This document shows, piece by piece, positions 39,667 to 52,800 of a DNA stretch of 64,000 nucleotides (the stretch's first letter is position 1; every line of letters starts with the position of its first letter). The notes beneath the pieces were generated by a model. It had not been told where the DNA came from and ran no database searches. It saw nothing but the letters and a program-made list of their open reading frames with translations. Made by a program: the position numbers and the translations under genes. This DNA is from Paraspadella gotoi (lineage: Eukaryota > Animalia > Chaetognatha): NCBI GenBank assembly GCA_051294375.1, contig JBJCIZ010000239.1:2679476-2743475 (forward strand). The letters are read 5' to 3'.

Positions 39667-42251
39667 ATGTCTTCTTCCGCCGCGCTGACGATACGAGAAA
39701 AACAGACATCCGCCCTCAAGCGGATGATAAATCTTAATTCGCCCGTTGCCAAATCGACGGTGATGGAGCCAGTTTGGAAAGTCCTCATCTACGACCGCGT
39801 GGGCCAGGACATCATCTCCCCGCTGCTAAAGGTTGGAGAATTGCGCGACTATGGAATTACGCTGCACTTGCTGCTCCTCTCCGACCGCGATCCCATTCCC
39901 GACGTGCCCGCCATCTATTTCGTCATGCCTACGGAAGATAACGTAAAAAGGATCGGGCAGGACGTCTCCAACGGCCTGTACGAGTCGTACTACCTCAACT
40001 TCATCACGCCCGTTTCCCGCAAGTGTTTGGAGGATCTAGCCATGGCCTGTCTCAACTCGAACAGTCACTCGAGCGTGACCAAGTTGTACGATCAATACTT
40101 GAATTTCATTTCTCTCGAGGACGACATGTTCGTGTTGAAGCCGGAAAAACAGGCGGTGACGTACTACTCGCTCAATCGGACGGACGTCAAAGACCACGAA
40201 ATGGAAGATCTGATCGACGGCGTCGTCGACTCTCTCTTCTCCTTTTTCGTCACCATGGGTACCGTTCCCGTCATCCGGTGCCCAAAGGGAAACGCCGCCG
40301 AAATGGTCGCTCAGAAAATTGACAAGAAGCTTTGGGACAATCTGCGCGACAGCCGGAACAGCCTTTTTGCCGCGGAGGGTGGGGCGCAGGCGGCCCACAT
40401 GAGCTTTCAACGGCCACTCCTTGTAATCTTGGATCGGTGCGTCGATCTGGCAACGCCGTTGCATCACACTTGGACCTACCAGGCGCTGGTTCACGACGTG
40501 TTTAGCCTTAAATCTAATCGTGTGGAGATCTTCGAGCCGATCTCTCCTGACTCCCCCGTCGCGGGTCACAGATCCGCCAGAAAATCTAAGACTTACGATC
40601 TGAATCCCACGGACAAGTTTTGGCAAAGCCACAAAGGGAGCCCCTTTCCCTCGCTGGCCGAGGCCGTTCAGGAAGAGTTGGAGTCCTACCGTGCTTCGGA
40701 GGAAGAGGTTAAAAAACTAAAGACGGCCATGGGCGTGGAAGGGGAGGTGGACGACGGCGTCCTCGGCGGGGGACTCAGTCTCGACGACAACACGGCCAAA
40801 ATCACGTCCGCCGTCAGTTCTTTGCCCGAACTTCTCGAGAAGAAGCGCATCATCGATATGCACATGAACATCGCGACCAGCGTGCTGGAGCAGATCAAGC
40901 GTCGCAAGCTCGACATGTACTTCGAATCCGAGGAACAGATCATGGGCAAGCAGGCCTTGGAAAAGACCGTTTTGGACATTCTGCGTGACCACGAGAGTGG
41001 GACGCCCGAGGACAAGATGCGTTTTTTCCTAATTCACTTTCTGTGCGAGGACTTGAGCGACGCGGACGTGGAGTCGTGCCTCGACGCGCTTCGAGAAGCC
41101 GGCTGCGATTTGTCGCCCTACGACTACGTCAAGACTTGGAAGAAGTTCACCAAGGGCTCCTCGATCTCTTCCTCCGCCGGCCAGTACGGACAGTACGGGA
41201 CCAAGTCCGTCGGAATGTTTTCCAAACTCATGTCTCAAGGATCCAGTTTTGTAATGGAGGGCGTCAAGAACCTCGTCGTGAAAAAGCACAACCTTCCCGT
41301 GACGCAGATCGTGGACGCCTTGATGGAGCTCAAATCGGCGCCCGAAGTGGACGACTACAGATACTTCGATCCCAAACTCGTTAGGGCGACCGACAATGCC
41401 GTCGTGCCGAGAAGCCGATCCCCTTTTCAGGTCGTTTAAATTATATAAATAATATTTTAAAAAATATATTTTATAGGTAGAATTATAATGCATTTTTAAA
41501 GCTTCAAATTTAAACTTAAGTTAAGATGCATAATTTTAATAAATAAATTGAGGCCTGGAATAAGTCGCCTCAAAATCATTAAAAAAATGATTTGTACATT
41601 TATGTTTAAGATTTTCACTAGAGAATTGACAAAGTTTTTGTTTGCAACGAATTTTATTTATAGTTGAACAGACATGTTTCGACTTGTTTTACAAGTCAAA
41701 ACGCTGATGAAGACTTGTAAAACAAGTCGAAACATGTCTGTTCAACTATAAATAAAATTCGTTGCAAACAAAAACTTTGTCAATTCTCTAATTAATAGTA
41801 ACAACGAAAAAGAAAGGATTACTTCAATAAGATTTTCACTAAAATAGAGAGAGCGCCGCGACCGGTTGAACGCAGGAATGCGTCTTTGTTTTTGTGAATT
41901 AGGCGCCAAGTGGGCTGAAGAATACTATCAGTGACTTTTTTAGCCCCCTCGTAATTACTCAATATGATACCGGGTCACGTCTTAAGGTGTCATTGGCTTA
42001 AATAGGCAGTGTGAATGCCCGACTACATTTCGTCATAATTATCTCAGCGACGGCGAAATCGATTTTCATTTCAGGAAGCCGTTGTTTTCGTGATCGGCGG
42101 CGGAAACTACATCGAATATCAAAACCTGCAGGACTACGCCAAGTCGAAGGGGGGCGCCAAGAGAATAACTTACGGATGCTCCGACCTCATGAACGCCGCC
42201 GCTTTTTTAGAACAATTGCGGCAGTTGGGAAGGGATATGAAAAAGAGTTGA
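39667..42251 (+). CDS. SCFD1: Sec1-family protein Sly1
   Basis: WKVLIYDRVGQDIISPLL, DLATPLHHTWTYQAL, FVMEGVKNLV; last exon 42075-42251 EAVVFVIGGGNYIEYQNL. Confidence 0.96.
41621..41827 (+). mobile_element. Penelope-like remnant: inverted pLTR-type palindrome in the SCFD1 intron
   Basis: 79-bp inverted arms 41619-41697 / 41712-41790; 14-bp direct repeat TAAGATTTTCACTA at 41607-41620 and 41828-41841; contains a hammerhead core. Confidence 0.7.
41700..41742 (+). ncRNA. Minimal type I hammerhead ribozyme
   Basis: AACG-CUGAUGA-A-GACUUGU(AAA)ACAAGUC-GAAA-CAUGUC-UGUU: core CUGAUGA/GAAA, 7-bp stem II, palindromic ACAUGU stem III, GUC cleavage triplet at 41736-41738, 4-bp stem I. Confidence 0.8.
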
Positions 42252-42764
42252 ACGTAGTCGAAAACGCATTCCTACAAAACTTTTATATACAGGCTATACA
42301 GTTTTGCTATGTTTCCTGATTTTACGAGAACTTTGAAAAATATGTAGCCTTCCATTATGCTAGTCAAAATTTTGTTAACGTTAATCGAATTTCGTAATAA
42401 CCTGGTTAAATGAATGGCTGTTTATTAAGTTAAATTAATGTTTCTAAAAAAATGTTATATATTTTCTCATTCGGGAAAAGAAATGGAAAGAGAAACTTTT
42501 TTGCTACGTAATGAACGTTATAAAATTTCCTTAAAAGAATTCACTGTATCAAATAAGCTATTTCCTGTATTACTAAAATTGCAGGGGTGATTTAAAAACT
42601 TAACTGCATCATAATTTATTCGATATGCTTAAAAAATATTATTTAATTTGTAAAACGTATTTTAAAAAGTCACATTTAATGGCGCTGCCACTTGTCTTCT
42701 TTTTCAGGCGCTGTTGTTAAAGGTAAAACCCTCATCCGATTAATCCGCTTAATCAGACGTCGAG

Positions 42765-44088
42765 ATGAACCTGAGAAGCGTTTGTCTAACCGAAGAAGCC
42801 TTCCAGTCTCTGACCCTGGAGTCGCGTCAACTGCTCGAGTTGGATCGTCAGCGTCTCCGCGGTTCGCGCAACGCTCGCCGCGTAGCGCGCCGCATCGGCG
42901 ACGAGGTGGTCACCGTGCTGGAATCATGTCCTGTCTTTGTGACCCGCGCGGTTTTGCACGGATCCTACACTCGCGCCACCAACTTAAAGAAGCCTGGCCT
43001 CAGCGACCTAGACGTCGTCTGCTTTATCGGAAAAGATCGATACGGAAAGTATTTGTGGAAGATGGATGATTTCCAGAACATTCGCTTCTCGGCCTCTCCG
43101 AAAATCCAAAAATTCGTGGAGACGGAACTCAAGAAGCGTTTCGAATACGCCGAGTTCATTTGCGAATTCAAGGGTCTCTGCCTTCAATTCGAGGTTAAGA
43201 AAGATCAAAGAAGCCGCACTCCTTGGAAGATCGATATCCTGCTCGCCTTCGACATCGCGATGGCGCGCAACAATAACCTGGATTGGAAATCCATTAACAA
43301 AGAATACAAAGAGTCGAAGAGTCGACTGAACCACACCAATTCCTTGGCCGAGTATCGCAACGCCTTCATCGACAAGATTCTGAACCAATCCGCGCCTCTT
43401 CGCATTCTCGTGCGCTTGATCAAGTTTTGGAACAAGGGGATCGTCATGAAGGATCACGATGTGCTCGAGAGCGTCAACAGCTCCACCCTGGAGCTCTTGG
43501 TCCTGCTACTGTGGGATAACTACCATATCCCTAGGACATTCGAGCTAAATCGCGCTTTTGCGACTTGTCTACAGGCTATCGCTAACCCACATAAAATGCC
43601 CTACTTGTACTTTGAGGTAAGCAAGTATCCGGATTCAAAATGATAACTTAAAAACTATCACAATTAAAAATGATAGAAATAAAATTTAAGGAAAAAAAAA
43701 GTCTAAACGGTCTAAACATTTTCATTGTCGTTGTCTTTGCCAAAATGTTTAGTATTGATAGGGAAAGCCTCGTCTCATTTTGAGATTAAAGTTAGTTAGG
43801 GTCTGATAACTTTTTGATTAATAAAATGTTATTGACGGTTAATCGTTATTCTTAATTTTATCACTTTAGTCGAAACCTGGCGACGCGATATCCCGTCCGG
43901 CGCCGCCCACCGATCAAGAATTGACGGCTTTATCCAAGAAGGTGGAACCCAACCGCCTCGTCATCATTGACCCTTTTGCCGTCTTCAACAACTTCGCGCG
44001 CAACAGGGATAAAGGCTGGGCGAGTCTCCAAGAGAGCGCTCAACGCATTGTCAACTCCTTGCGCTCTCGAAGGGTTCATCCTTACTAA
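42765..44088 (+). CDS. 2'-5'-oligoadenylate synthetase-like nucleotidyltransferase (single OAS unit)
   Basis: HGSYTRATNL..SDLDVV, third carboxylate IDILLAFD, LVRLIKFW, SSTLELL; exon 2 (43870-44088) LVIIDPFAVFNNF..GWASLQESA matches the OAS1_C pattern. Exons 42765-43616, 43870-44088. Confidence 0.85.
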
Positions 44089-44718
44089 AAAAAAAACTTT
44101 TTTTCCCCCGGTCATTGCGAAATTTGCGATAAGAATGATTTTTTGCATTTTTCTATTTGAATGTTTCAATTTTTAGCACTCACTATCGTTTTTCTATACA
44201 AATGACCGTGTGTTGAATCTGAGTTAATTATTTTGTTTCAAGTATTACAAATATTTTTATCGATCTATTTTTTATTCCTATTACCAACCAATTAGTAGAA
44301 ACTTATATATTAGTTTTAAGGAATAATGTTTAATTTTTAATTTCTTAATTTTTTTTTTGAAATGTTTACCTCAAATCAATTCAACTTATAATGATTTTTT
44401 TCCATCGTCATTTTCTTGCCAATAACTCCAATATTAATTAATGAATCCGCCACAAGTGCCTTGCCAATTAGATTAGGCTTTTGCTTGAAGTGTTACAATC
44501 ATATCAATTTATTTACCTAAATATTATTTTTCCTTTTGATTATACGTCAACGATATTTTGTATTTCCTAGTTGTTACGTTTTTTTTTCCAAATCGCGTCA
44601 TTTTTTTCTTTACTTTTCATTCGATTTAGATTTAAGGTTATATTAGGAACAAAATTTTTTTACCGAAAATGGTTTTGTGACAAGAATTTCGCACTCTTTG
44701 AAAAAGTTGACTTTTAAA

Positions 44719-45592
44719 ATGTCTCCCCTGCTTCGATTCCTTTCGAAGCTCAATGTATCGACGTTGGAAAACACAGTTAACTCGATTCCCTTCTCCACCT
44801 CATCTCTTGTAATGAAAAAGAAAAAGTGGGTACAAAAGGACCCCATCCCGACCAACTGGAGACGCATCTGGTTGGAAGACACTGAACCATTTTCCGACAA
44901 GGAACCTCGTCCTAATTCCATAGGCACGTGAATTATATAATTATACTGAGTTAACAACCTTGACAATCTTTGACCCCCCCTCTATACTTTGCTTCCCCAA
45001 CAGCGGACTTTGAAAAGCAATTAAACATCGTGGCGACCAACTTGGAAACTCAAGACGATCCCAAACTTCAGTTGAAGTTTATGAAACCCGTCCCTCACTT
45101 GGAGACCCCGAAATTCCCCGGTGAATACGTCGTAGGAGAGTGGCCGCCCAAGGGAAGGGTGTATTGGAAACTCCCGTTTAAAGTAAGATTTGTACTGTCA
45201 ACCAGACCATATTTATTATTTAATAATTCAAAAGATGGCGCGTAGAATTTAAAATCTTTTTTTTCCCCTGCTCATTTCGTTTCTTTCAGGTGGAATTGCA
45301 GCAGGGACGAATCTACAAGTGGTGCTCGTGCGGGACTAGCAAATCCCAACCTTTCTGCGACGGGAGTCATCACGTTCTCGACGGACCCGATTATCAGAGA
45401 CCCACGAAACCTAAATTCCGGCCCAAGAAGTTTACCGTGCCCGAAACCGGGGAATATTGGCTCTGTCAATGCAAACAGACGGACGACCGACCATTTTGCG
45501 ATGGAAATCACAGACTTAGAGAGGAGATCACCCAGTTGGAGCGGCCCATGTTGACGGACGGCCAACGAATACCCGTTAAGATCAAAACGTGA
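44719..45592 (+). CDS. CISD3: CDGSH iron-sulfur protein with two CDGSH motifs (MiNT)
   Basis: WCSCGTSKSQPFCDGSH and LCQCKQTDDRPFCDGNH; presequence-like N-terminus; exons approx. 44719-44923, 45004-45182, 45290-45592. Confidence 0.88.
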
Positions 45593-45766
45593 CCGGACCC
45601 TTTTTTTTTTATTTTGTCGGAATAACTATTTCATAAATAGCTACGTTAATGGTTTTCCTCTCGTTGATTGCCGACTTTTTTTGTCTCATTTTCAATTTCA
45701 TGCCGTTAGACAAGAGCAAATACTTTCGATTGACTCTTCTCCAATTCCATCAAAGAGTCTGCAAAG

Positions 45767-46120
45767 ATGCCGTACATCGTCGGTTGGGAAGATTTCGCGA
45801 GGGCCGCGGAAAAACTTTACCTGGACAACCCGCTCAAGTGTCGTTTTGTCACTAAGTACAGACACTCGGATGGAAAACTCGTTTTGAAGGTCTTTACTCC
45901 CATTTGGAGATGATGAATTTGTTTTTTTTTATTTGGCAACGCGTTAAGATGAAAAAGAATTGATTCTTTACTCGCGCGTTTACGTTTACGTTTACGTTTA
46001 CGGCAGGTGACGGACAATGCGACGTGCCTCATGTATCGAACCGATCAAGCGCAGGACTTGAAAAAAGTGGATAAATTCACGATGTTGTTGTTGCGTCATA
46101 TGGCCTCGAGGGATAGGTAG
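45767..46120 (+). CDS. SRP9: Signal recognition particle 9 kDa protein
   Basis: [65 protein letters not shown]; exons 45767-45889, 46007-46120 (not present as an ORF in the track). Confidence 0.93.
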
Positions 46121-46440
46121 AACTCAAATCGCAATCTCTTTATTTTCGCTCCAATTTCAATCATCAATCCTTTTTTTTTTTCTTTTTTTTCTTTTTTCAA
46201 CAATGAATTTTTTTTTTTACTCGTAAATCATCGCGGACAAAATTATTTCGCTACTTTTTTTTTTCTCAAGATTTCTCGTCTGGCGCGAGTTTGGCGTCAG
46301 AAGTGCTTTAGTTTTGATTACTTTTGTGAATTAATATTGGTACAAGGAGAATTAAAAGAATTAACCGTTGATAAATTATTAATTCTATTCCGTGACTCGT
46401 AGCACCCATCATCTCTTCATCGTGAAAAGTTTTTAGACTT

Positions 46441-46442
<2 letters not shown>

Positions 46443-46486
<44 letters not shown>
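46443..46486. repeat. (CT)n microsatellite
   Basis: About 22 CT units. Confidence 0.95.
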
Positions 46487-46488
<2 letters not shown>

Positions 46489-46697
46489 AATTGTTACCGT
46501 TTACATACTTGTTATCAATATTGATAGTGATTGAATAAATCACCTTGACTTATAATTAGACAAAAAATGAAATGTTAACATTGTCGTTTAGATTATTTTT
46601 AGTGTAATTATATAATTTTTTGCTATAATTTGCTTTACTATTTCAGTTAGACTAGAATCTTACACTAGGGAAGTCTTATGTCTTGACTTTCTTCGCC

Positions 46698-48750
46698 ATG
46701 GAGGCTCTGAGAGCCAACGGCACAGTGATTTCGTTACCCGATAGCATCGTTCTTCAGGTTTAATATTAATATTATAATTATCAATTGCAAGTATTTTTAA
46801 AAGTTACTCGTAGGCTAATGAGGCGAAATTTGTTCAGATATTTTCAAGACTAGACCTGCCGACGTTATGTCGTTGCGCGCTCGTCAGTAAAGCATGGTGT
46901 AATCTGGCTCATGATCCCGTCTTGTGGCGCTACGTAGGTAAATTCGAAGCATTGGCCAAGTTCTTCGGGACCGACCATCCCCTAATTCATTTTCCCCCTA
47001 GATTTACGATGTTATTCGCTGACGGTGGAGGAAGTTCAATCGATCCTGGAGAAACGATGTTCGGACGCCCTCAAGTCGCTCGCCGTCAAAGGGTGAGAGC
47101 TCTTGTAAGGGATAATTAATTAATTATTTAATATGATCTTTAATGAGATTGAATTTCTCAATCTCATTTACATATTGTAGTGTTGAACTTGAATTGATAC
47201 ATTTTAATTTTGGATTTCAATAATGGTTTTTCAGTACTAAATTACTAAATTATTAAATGTATAGTCTTTAGCAATACTCTCGCTGATTATAAATTAAATT
47301 TTCAAGTCTCGTCCTTTTGATTTTTATCGTTTATTTTATTTTATTTTTTTTCAGATTAAATTTGGAACCGTCTTCGATTTCCTCGAAATTCACCTCATTC
47401 CTTTCCTCCTTTGTCAATTTAACTTTTCTCCACTCGAGCTCTTTCAACTTCGCCTTCGTCAAACTCTCCTCGTTTCCTCCGTCGGTGAAAAGACTCGAAC
47501 TCGTCAACTGCATGTTCACATATGACTTTTTCGACCATCTCAAAACGGGTCAGTACGAGGTCAGGTCGAGATAACGACGGGGGGGGGAGGCAAAATGAAA
47601 AAAACTACTAGGGACGGCAATTTTTTAAGTGTTGCGCAGAATTTTTGAATTAATGTGATATCCTGAAATAATTACGTTATTACAGAAATATATAACGTAT
47701 AACGTATCAATAATATATACATATATTTCTTTGTATAATGTATATTACTTGTATATTACTTGCCTACAGCTTTTATCTTTCTGCTTTTATTGTCGCCTGA
47801 TTATACAATATACGATATAAACCAAAGAAGTTCAGAACCTATGTTCCTAGTAACTTGCCAAGTATTAACTAAAAAAAATGTAACCAACCCTCCAGAGAAT
47901 TTATTCCCGAAATTGGAATATTTGGACGTCTCGATGAACGTTGGTCTCGCGGATCATCATGTCGAGTGCATTAGGTCAGTTTTCAATTAGATTGTCAGTA
48001 GTTGATTCTTTTGTTTACTCGACGCAAACTAATAGACCATTTTTATTTATTTAATTTTTTTTTGGCAGCTACGTGAAGACGTTAAAGACTGTGATCATGA
48101 AGCAGAACCGCAACCACGAAGTCACCGACGAGGGCGCCAGGCATTTGGCCAAATTGAAGAACGTTCACAGTCTCGACGTGGCCAACACGGGAATCACCGA
48201 TCAAGGTGTTTTCCTTTTTTGTGACCCTCGATCTCTTTCTAGTATTACGATGCCTTCCCTTTATTCTCCTAGGAGTCGATTATGTGGTGAGCTCGTTGCC
48301 CAAATTGCGACGTCTCAACATTTCGATGCTCCGTCTCTCTAATTTAACGGTCACGGCCATCGGCAATTATTCCAAATGTTTGGAAATTCTTATTTTGAAT
48401 CAAGTGAGGCGTGAAGAGCCGGTGTGAAGTTTGTGAAGGCACCGCCGAGGCTCTACAGGGTCTTCTCCGTTTTAGGTTTTCGGCGTGAGCGACATTATGC
48501 CTCTCGTTGGTCTTCCTTACATTTCTTACATAAACGTGAACAACACTTCCGTTGAACGGGAAAACGTGAGCGACTTTCGTCATCACAACCCTAAGTAAGG
48601 CTAAGGGCGCGGAAATTGTCATCGTCTTCTTACATCCAAAGTCTCCTTGAAATTTTTTTTAGGTGCTTCGTGGACTTTAAGTTCGAAGCCTATTTGAAGT
48701 CGCGGGCCGGTTCCGCCATCACCGTCAGCGACGGCCGATTTTGCATCTGA
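46698..48750 (+). CDS. F-box/leucine-rich repeat protein
   Basis: SLPDSIVLQ/IFSRLDLPTLCRCALVSKAWCNLAHDPVLW F-box; LRRs LEYLDVSMN, VHSLDVANTGITDQG, LRRLNISM; many short exons. Confidence 0.8.
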
Positions 48751-49834
48751 GATTCGTCTCACCAGCCAAAAAATAAAAAAATAAAAATAATCTCCAGATT
48801 CACAGCGATCAATACCAAAAAAAAAATATCCCCCCGAAAAACCCACAAACTAATGCTTTAAATTAAGATAGATTTTCTGCAAGGATATTGCCCAAGGCTA
48901 GGGGGCGGCAGAAATTGAATTTAAAAGATTAGTAAAATGTCTAAAAACATGAAAAATCTTCAGACTTAAATTTCAATAAACTAATATTGTAATATTGCAA
49001 TTTAAATGACTGTGATATTTGTTCTAATTAAAGATACGATTGAAATCAATTTAAGATCAAGAATGGTCTTCCTCATTCGGTTGATAGTGTCATGTACTTT
49101 TTTTTTATAAACGCTTTTTTGTAATTTTTTTTTTTTTACCTTTCTGACGAAGCCGTTAATTTTATATAAAACCAGCTGCTTTTGCCTTTTCCCCCCTTAA
49201 TTTGGTATGACCGGTTATTGGCCTACAAAATGGGAATATTCTATTGAATGAATATCGAGGTAGGTACTAGGTAGACATCAAATCAGAAACCCAGAATGTT
49301 AGCCGTTTGCCGTGTCGTCCGGCGGTCGTAATCTTGTCCAATTAAAATCAATCTAATTCCTCGAAAATTCCATGTTTGAACTAATCGTTGTTATCATTGT
49401 GCCCTTTACTAACTACATATTGTCGCAATACCCTGGAGATGGGGCAGCGGCTGCTTGCTCGTTGTTTCGTTCCCACTCCAGCACGTCTTTTTTTTTCCCC
49501 GCCTCCGTGTCCGAATCGAGATTGAAGAAGTCATATTTGCAATTTAACGCGTCTTTTTTTCTTTTTCTTTTTTTTTCGCAGATCCGTAAACCCGGTTTCT
49601 TTTCTGTTTCATAGCTCGCGCCTTTTTTTTCTTATTTCTCAGACATTCCAAAGGTTATGACTTTCCTCCATTGATTTCGCATTCACCGCGACAAACGACG
49701 ACGACCACGACGACGACCACGACGACTATGGCTCACTCGTGCTTTTCGCCACATTTCATTGTTTTGTATTTCCCCCCCGTTCTGCGTCCATCGCGCTTCC
49801 GTTTCCTCTTCCTTCGCTGCGCTTTCTTTGTATA

Positions 49835-52800
49835 ATGTCCGCCTCTCGGTCGCCCCCTCCCGACGCCGCCTCCAAATCTCGAACAAAAGACGTCGAATCC
49901 GACCTCGACAAAGACGCCGCCCACGCCAACCACAATGGCGGAAGTCGGAGGCAATCGCGGCGAAGGTTTGTACAAGCTCGAATGAGTCCCCTCTACTTTC
50001 AACTACAAATTCAAACGGCCTTTTCGTTCTAAATGTTATTTTAAAATTTGTTTGTCTATGTCTACCTCTCAAAATTTGTTTATAATTTTATTTTATTAAA
50101 AAAAGTTTCCTGCTTTGATTAATGTCATCTGCACTTTGGCCTTTTGTTTTTTGCATTTGTCATTGTCTTAAAATGAACATTTTTATATAAGTCGAAAATC
50201 TTGTATATCACAAAAGGACGCTATATTCAAATTGGGATATGAATTTTGAGATTCGAAAATGCTTTTCAGATCTGCTTCTAGCGGCGCGGAAGGAGGTTCA
50301 CAATCCGGACTCGACTCTCCCACTTTCTTCTTGTTTCGAATTGGAGGTGATCATTTAATTGTTCACGTTAAGGCGGTCGCATAACTAACAAACATATGCT
50401 TGTGTCAAATATTTTTCAGGTCGTCAATCTATCATTCGATCCCCGGAGCCGCAGCGAAAGTCGCGCGCGGCGTCGGCGGGCAGCAGAGCGACATCGTCGC
50501 CGCGCAATCACATCAAGACCCCGTCGGGTCAAGGAACCGGAGAACCGCGTCCTCGTCGTCACAGCACCACCGGGGCCACCATCACCGCCTCCAAGGCAGA
50601 CCCGTTGGAGGATCGCGACGACGACGACGACGATAGCGCGGATCCCTTCGCTACTTTGCCGCCGTTGACTCGTGGGAGGCGCGAAGAAAGCGCCTCTCCC
50701 ACCAACCGGCGCCGGCAACGTCACCACACCCACTCGCGCGAGAGGGACGCCTCTTCCTCCGCGCACGGCGCCCGACAGCGGCGACAGCAGCAGCATCCGG
50801 ATTCCTTGGACATCGAGAAGACGACTTCCCTCGAAGTCACCGGCGCCACGCAGAAGGAGAAGGAAGAGATCTGCGCCAAGATCGCGAGCCTCACCGCCTC
50901 GGGAACCTCCTGCGCCTCCTTCGCCAAAACGGCGTCTTCGCGCGACGAAGGCGGCGAGGATTCCTCGGCCCCGATCACCGCGCAACCGCGTCACCGACAA
51001 CACGAACAACCACCGCAACGCCTCGGCACGAAAAAGCCTCTGATCTCAAACGCGTCGATCGGCAGCTTTCCTAGTCATAAAATAATCCCCAACGGCGTCG
51101 ACGCCGCCGCAAACGATAATAAATATTCCGCTGAAGTATCCACCTCCACGCATTATTCTTCTCATAACCAAAACATTCGGTCTAAGCTCGAACCGGCGCC
51201 CAGAGACGGAGAGAGAGGCGGGACGCGAAACGTGAGAAGGTCAACTGGAGACGACGGCGACGACGACGATTACGACGACGATTACGACGACGAAGTCATT
51301 TCGCCGCCGCCTCCTTACAGTGCCGTCATGACTTCGCAACCGCCGATGCTTCCGTCTCCTCCTCTTCCTTCGCTTCGCTCTGCTCTGCCCGACTCGACGC
51401 TGAGGGCGCCGTCTCCGAATCGAACGACGAGCGCCTCCAGCCCTTTGAATATTCCCAAGTCCGACAAAAGTCCTAACGCCGCCGTAGCCAACGCTTCCAG
51501 TCCGCTCCATCTACCCAAGCCTCAAAGCCCCACCATCACTTTGCTCCAAAAGGTAATGCTTCTTTTCTCTATTTTTCTTCTTTTTTTACAAATTGTTGAC
51601 TGCCTTTGTCATTGTTATTGTTATTGTCATTGTCATCCAGGCCAGAGAGGGGCAATTGCCAAAGGCAGGGGCCAGTTACATCAACTCTGTTACGGACGAA
51701 ACGAGAGGCATCGAAAAGGCCGACACGGAAAATCCTCAGCGTTGCGTTTTGACCACTGGTTCCCGTTCCAACGACACGGTGGGTGATTACGTAGTAGAAT
51801 AATCGAACCGAGAACGATAGTTGATTATTCTTACCCGCGAAACAGGCGAAGAAAGCCAAGCCGATCGTGGTCGCCGACGCGCGTTACTTTAACAACAAAG
51901 AACTTGCGAAAGTAGAACCGAAGAGCATTCGTGAATACGCCCCTGGAGAAGGGAGCATTGCTAAGTCTCAACAGGATCAGGTTTTCAAATTTGTTTTCTT
52001 TTCATTGAGGAAAAAATATAAATATTATTCTATAAAACTTCAGAAACGTCAATTTCTCACCGAGAACGGATTGGAGGAATTGTCCTCGTTCGGCGTCGAA
52101 TCCAAATCGGCGCGAGTTCGGCGCTGGATTGAACTCGAGGGTCGGCGTCAACCCGAAGCCAAGATTCAGAAGCATCCGTCTCGGTCTCCCTCCGGTACCG
52201 ATCCATTTCGCCTTGCTTCATTTTATTTTTCCTATTTTCCCTTTCAGTTCAATATCCCAATTGGTCCCATTGTCTAAAAAATATCCTTTCCCCAGCGGAC
52301 CAACAGCGGGAGTGGTACCGGGACGTTCAAAAAGGCGGCGAGATCCCCATGCTGGGGCTGCGGAAGGTCTCGCCTTCTCCGCCTTCTCCCGTCGCCAATA
52401 ATTCTAAATCGCCCACTCAATTGCTGGTGAGACTTAATTTCCTTTCACTCTAAGGGGTAAGACGTTGAATCACCCCCCCTACCGGGCCTTACACCCTTTT
52501 TCCTTACCCCGTTTCCAGGGCGGTCGCCTCACGCCGACGTCTCCCTCTCGTCCTGATTCCCAAGCCTTGTCTGGTCGAACGGAAAAGAGGAGACAACCGT
52601 TAAATCCTAATTTATTGGAAGTGAGTTTATACCGAAGGTATATTCCTGTTGCGGATGAATATTGTTGTCGTTGAATATTGTGGATCATACGTAATTCTTT
52701 TGTGAATGGTTCGGTATCGATCTGCTGTGTTTTCAAACCTAATACATTGATATCAATAAATTCACAATTTGTAACCTTAATTTGTACTGAATGTAGGTTG

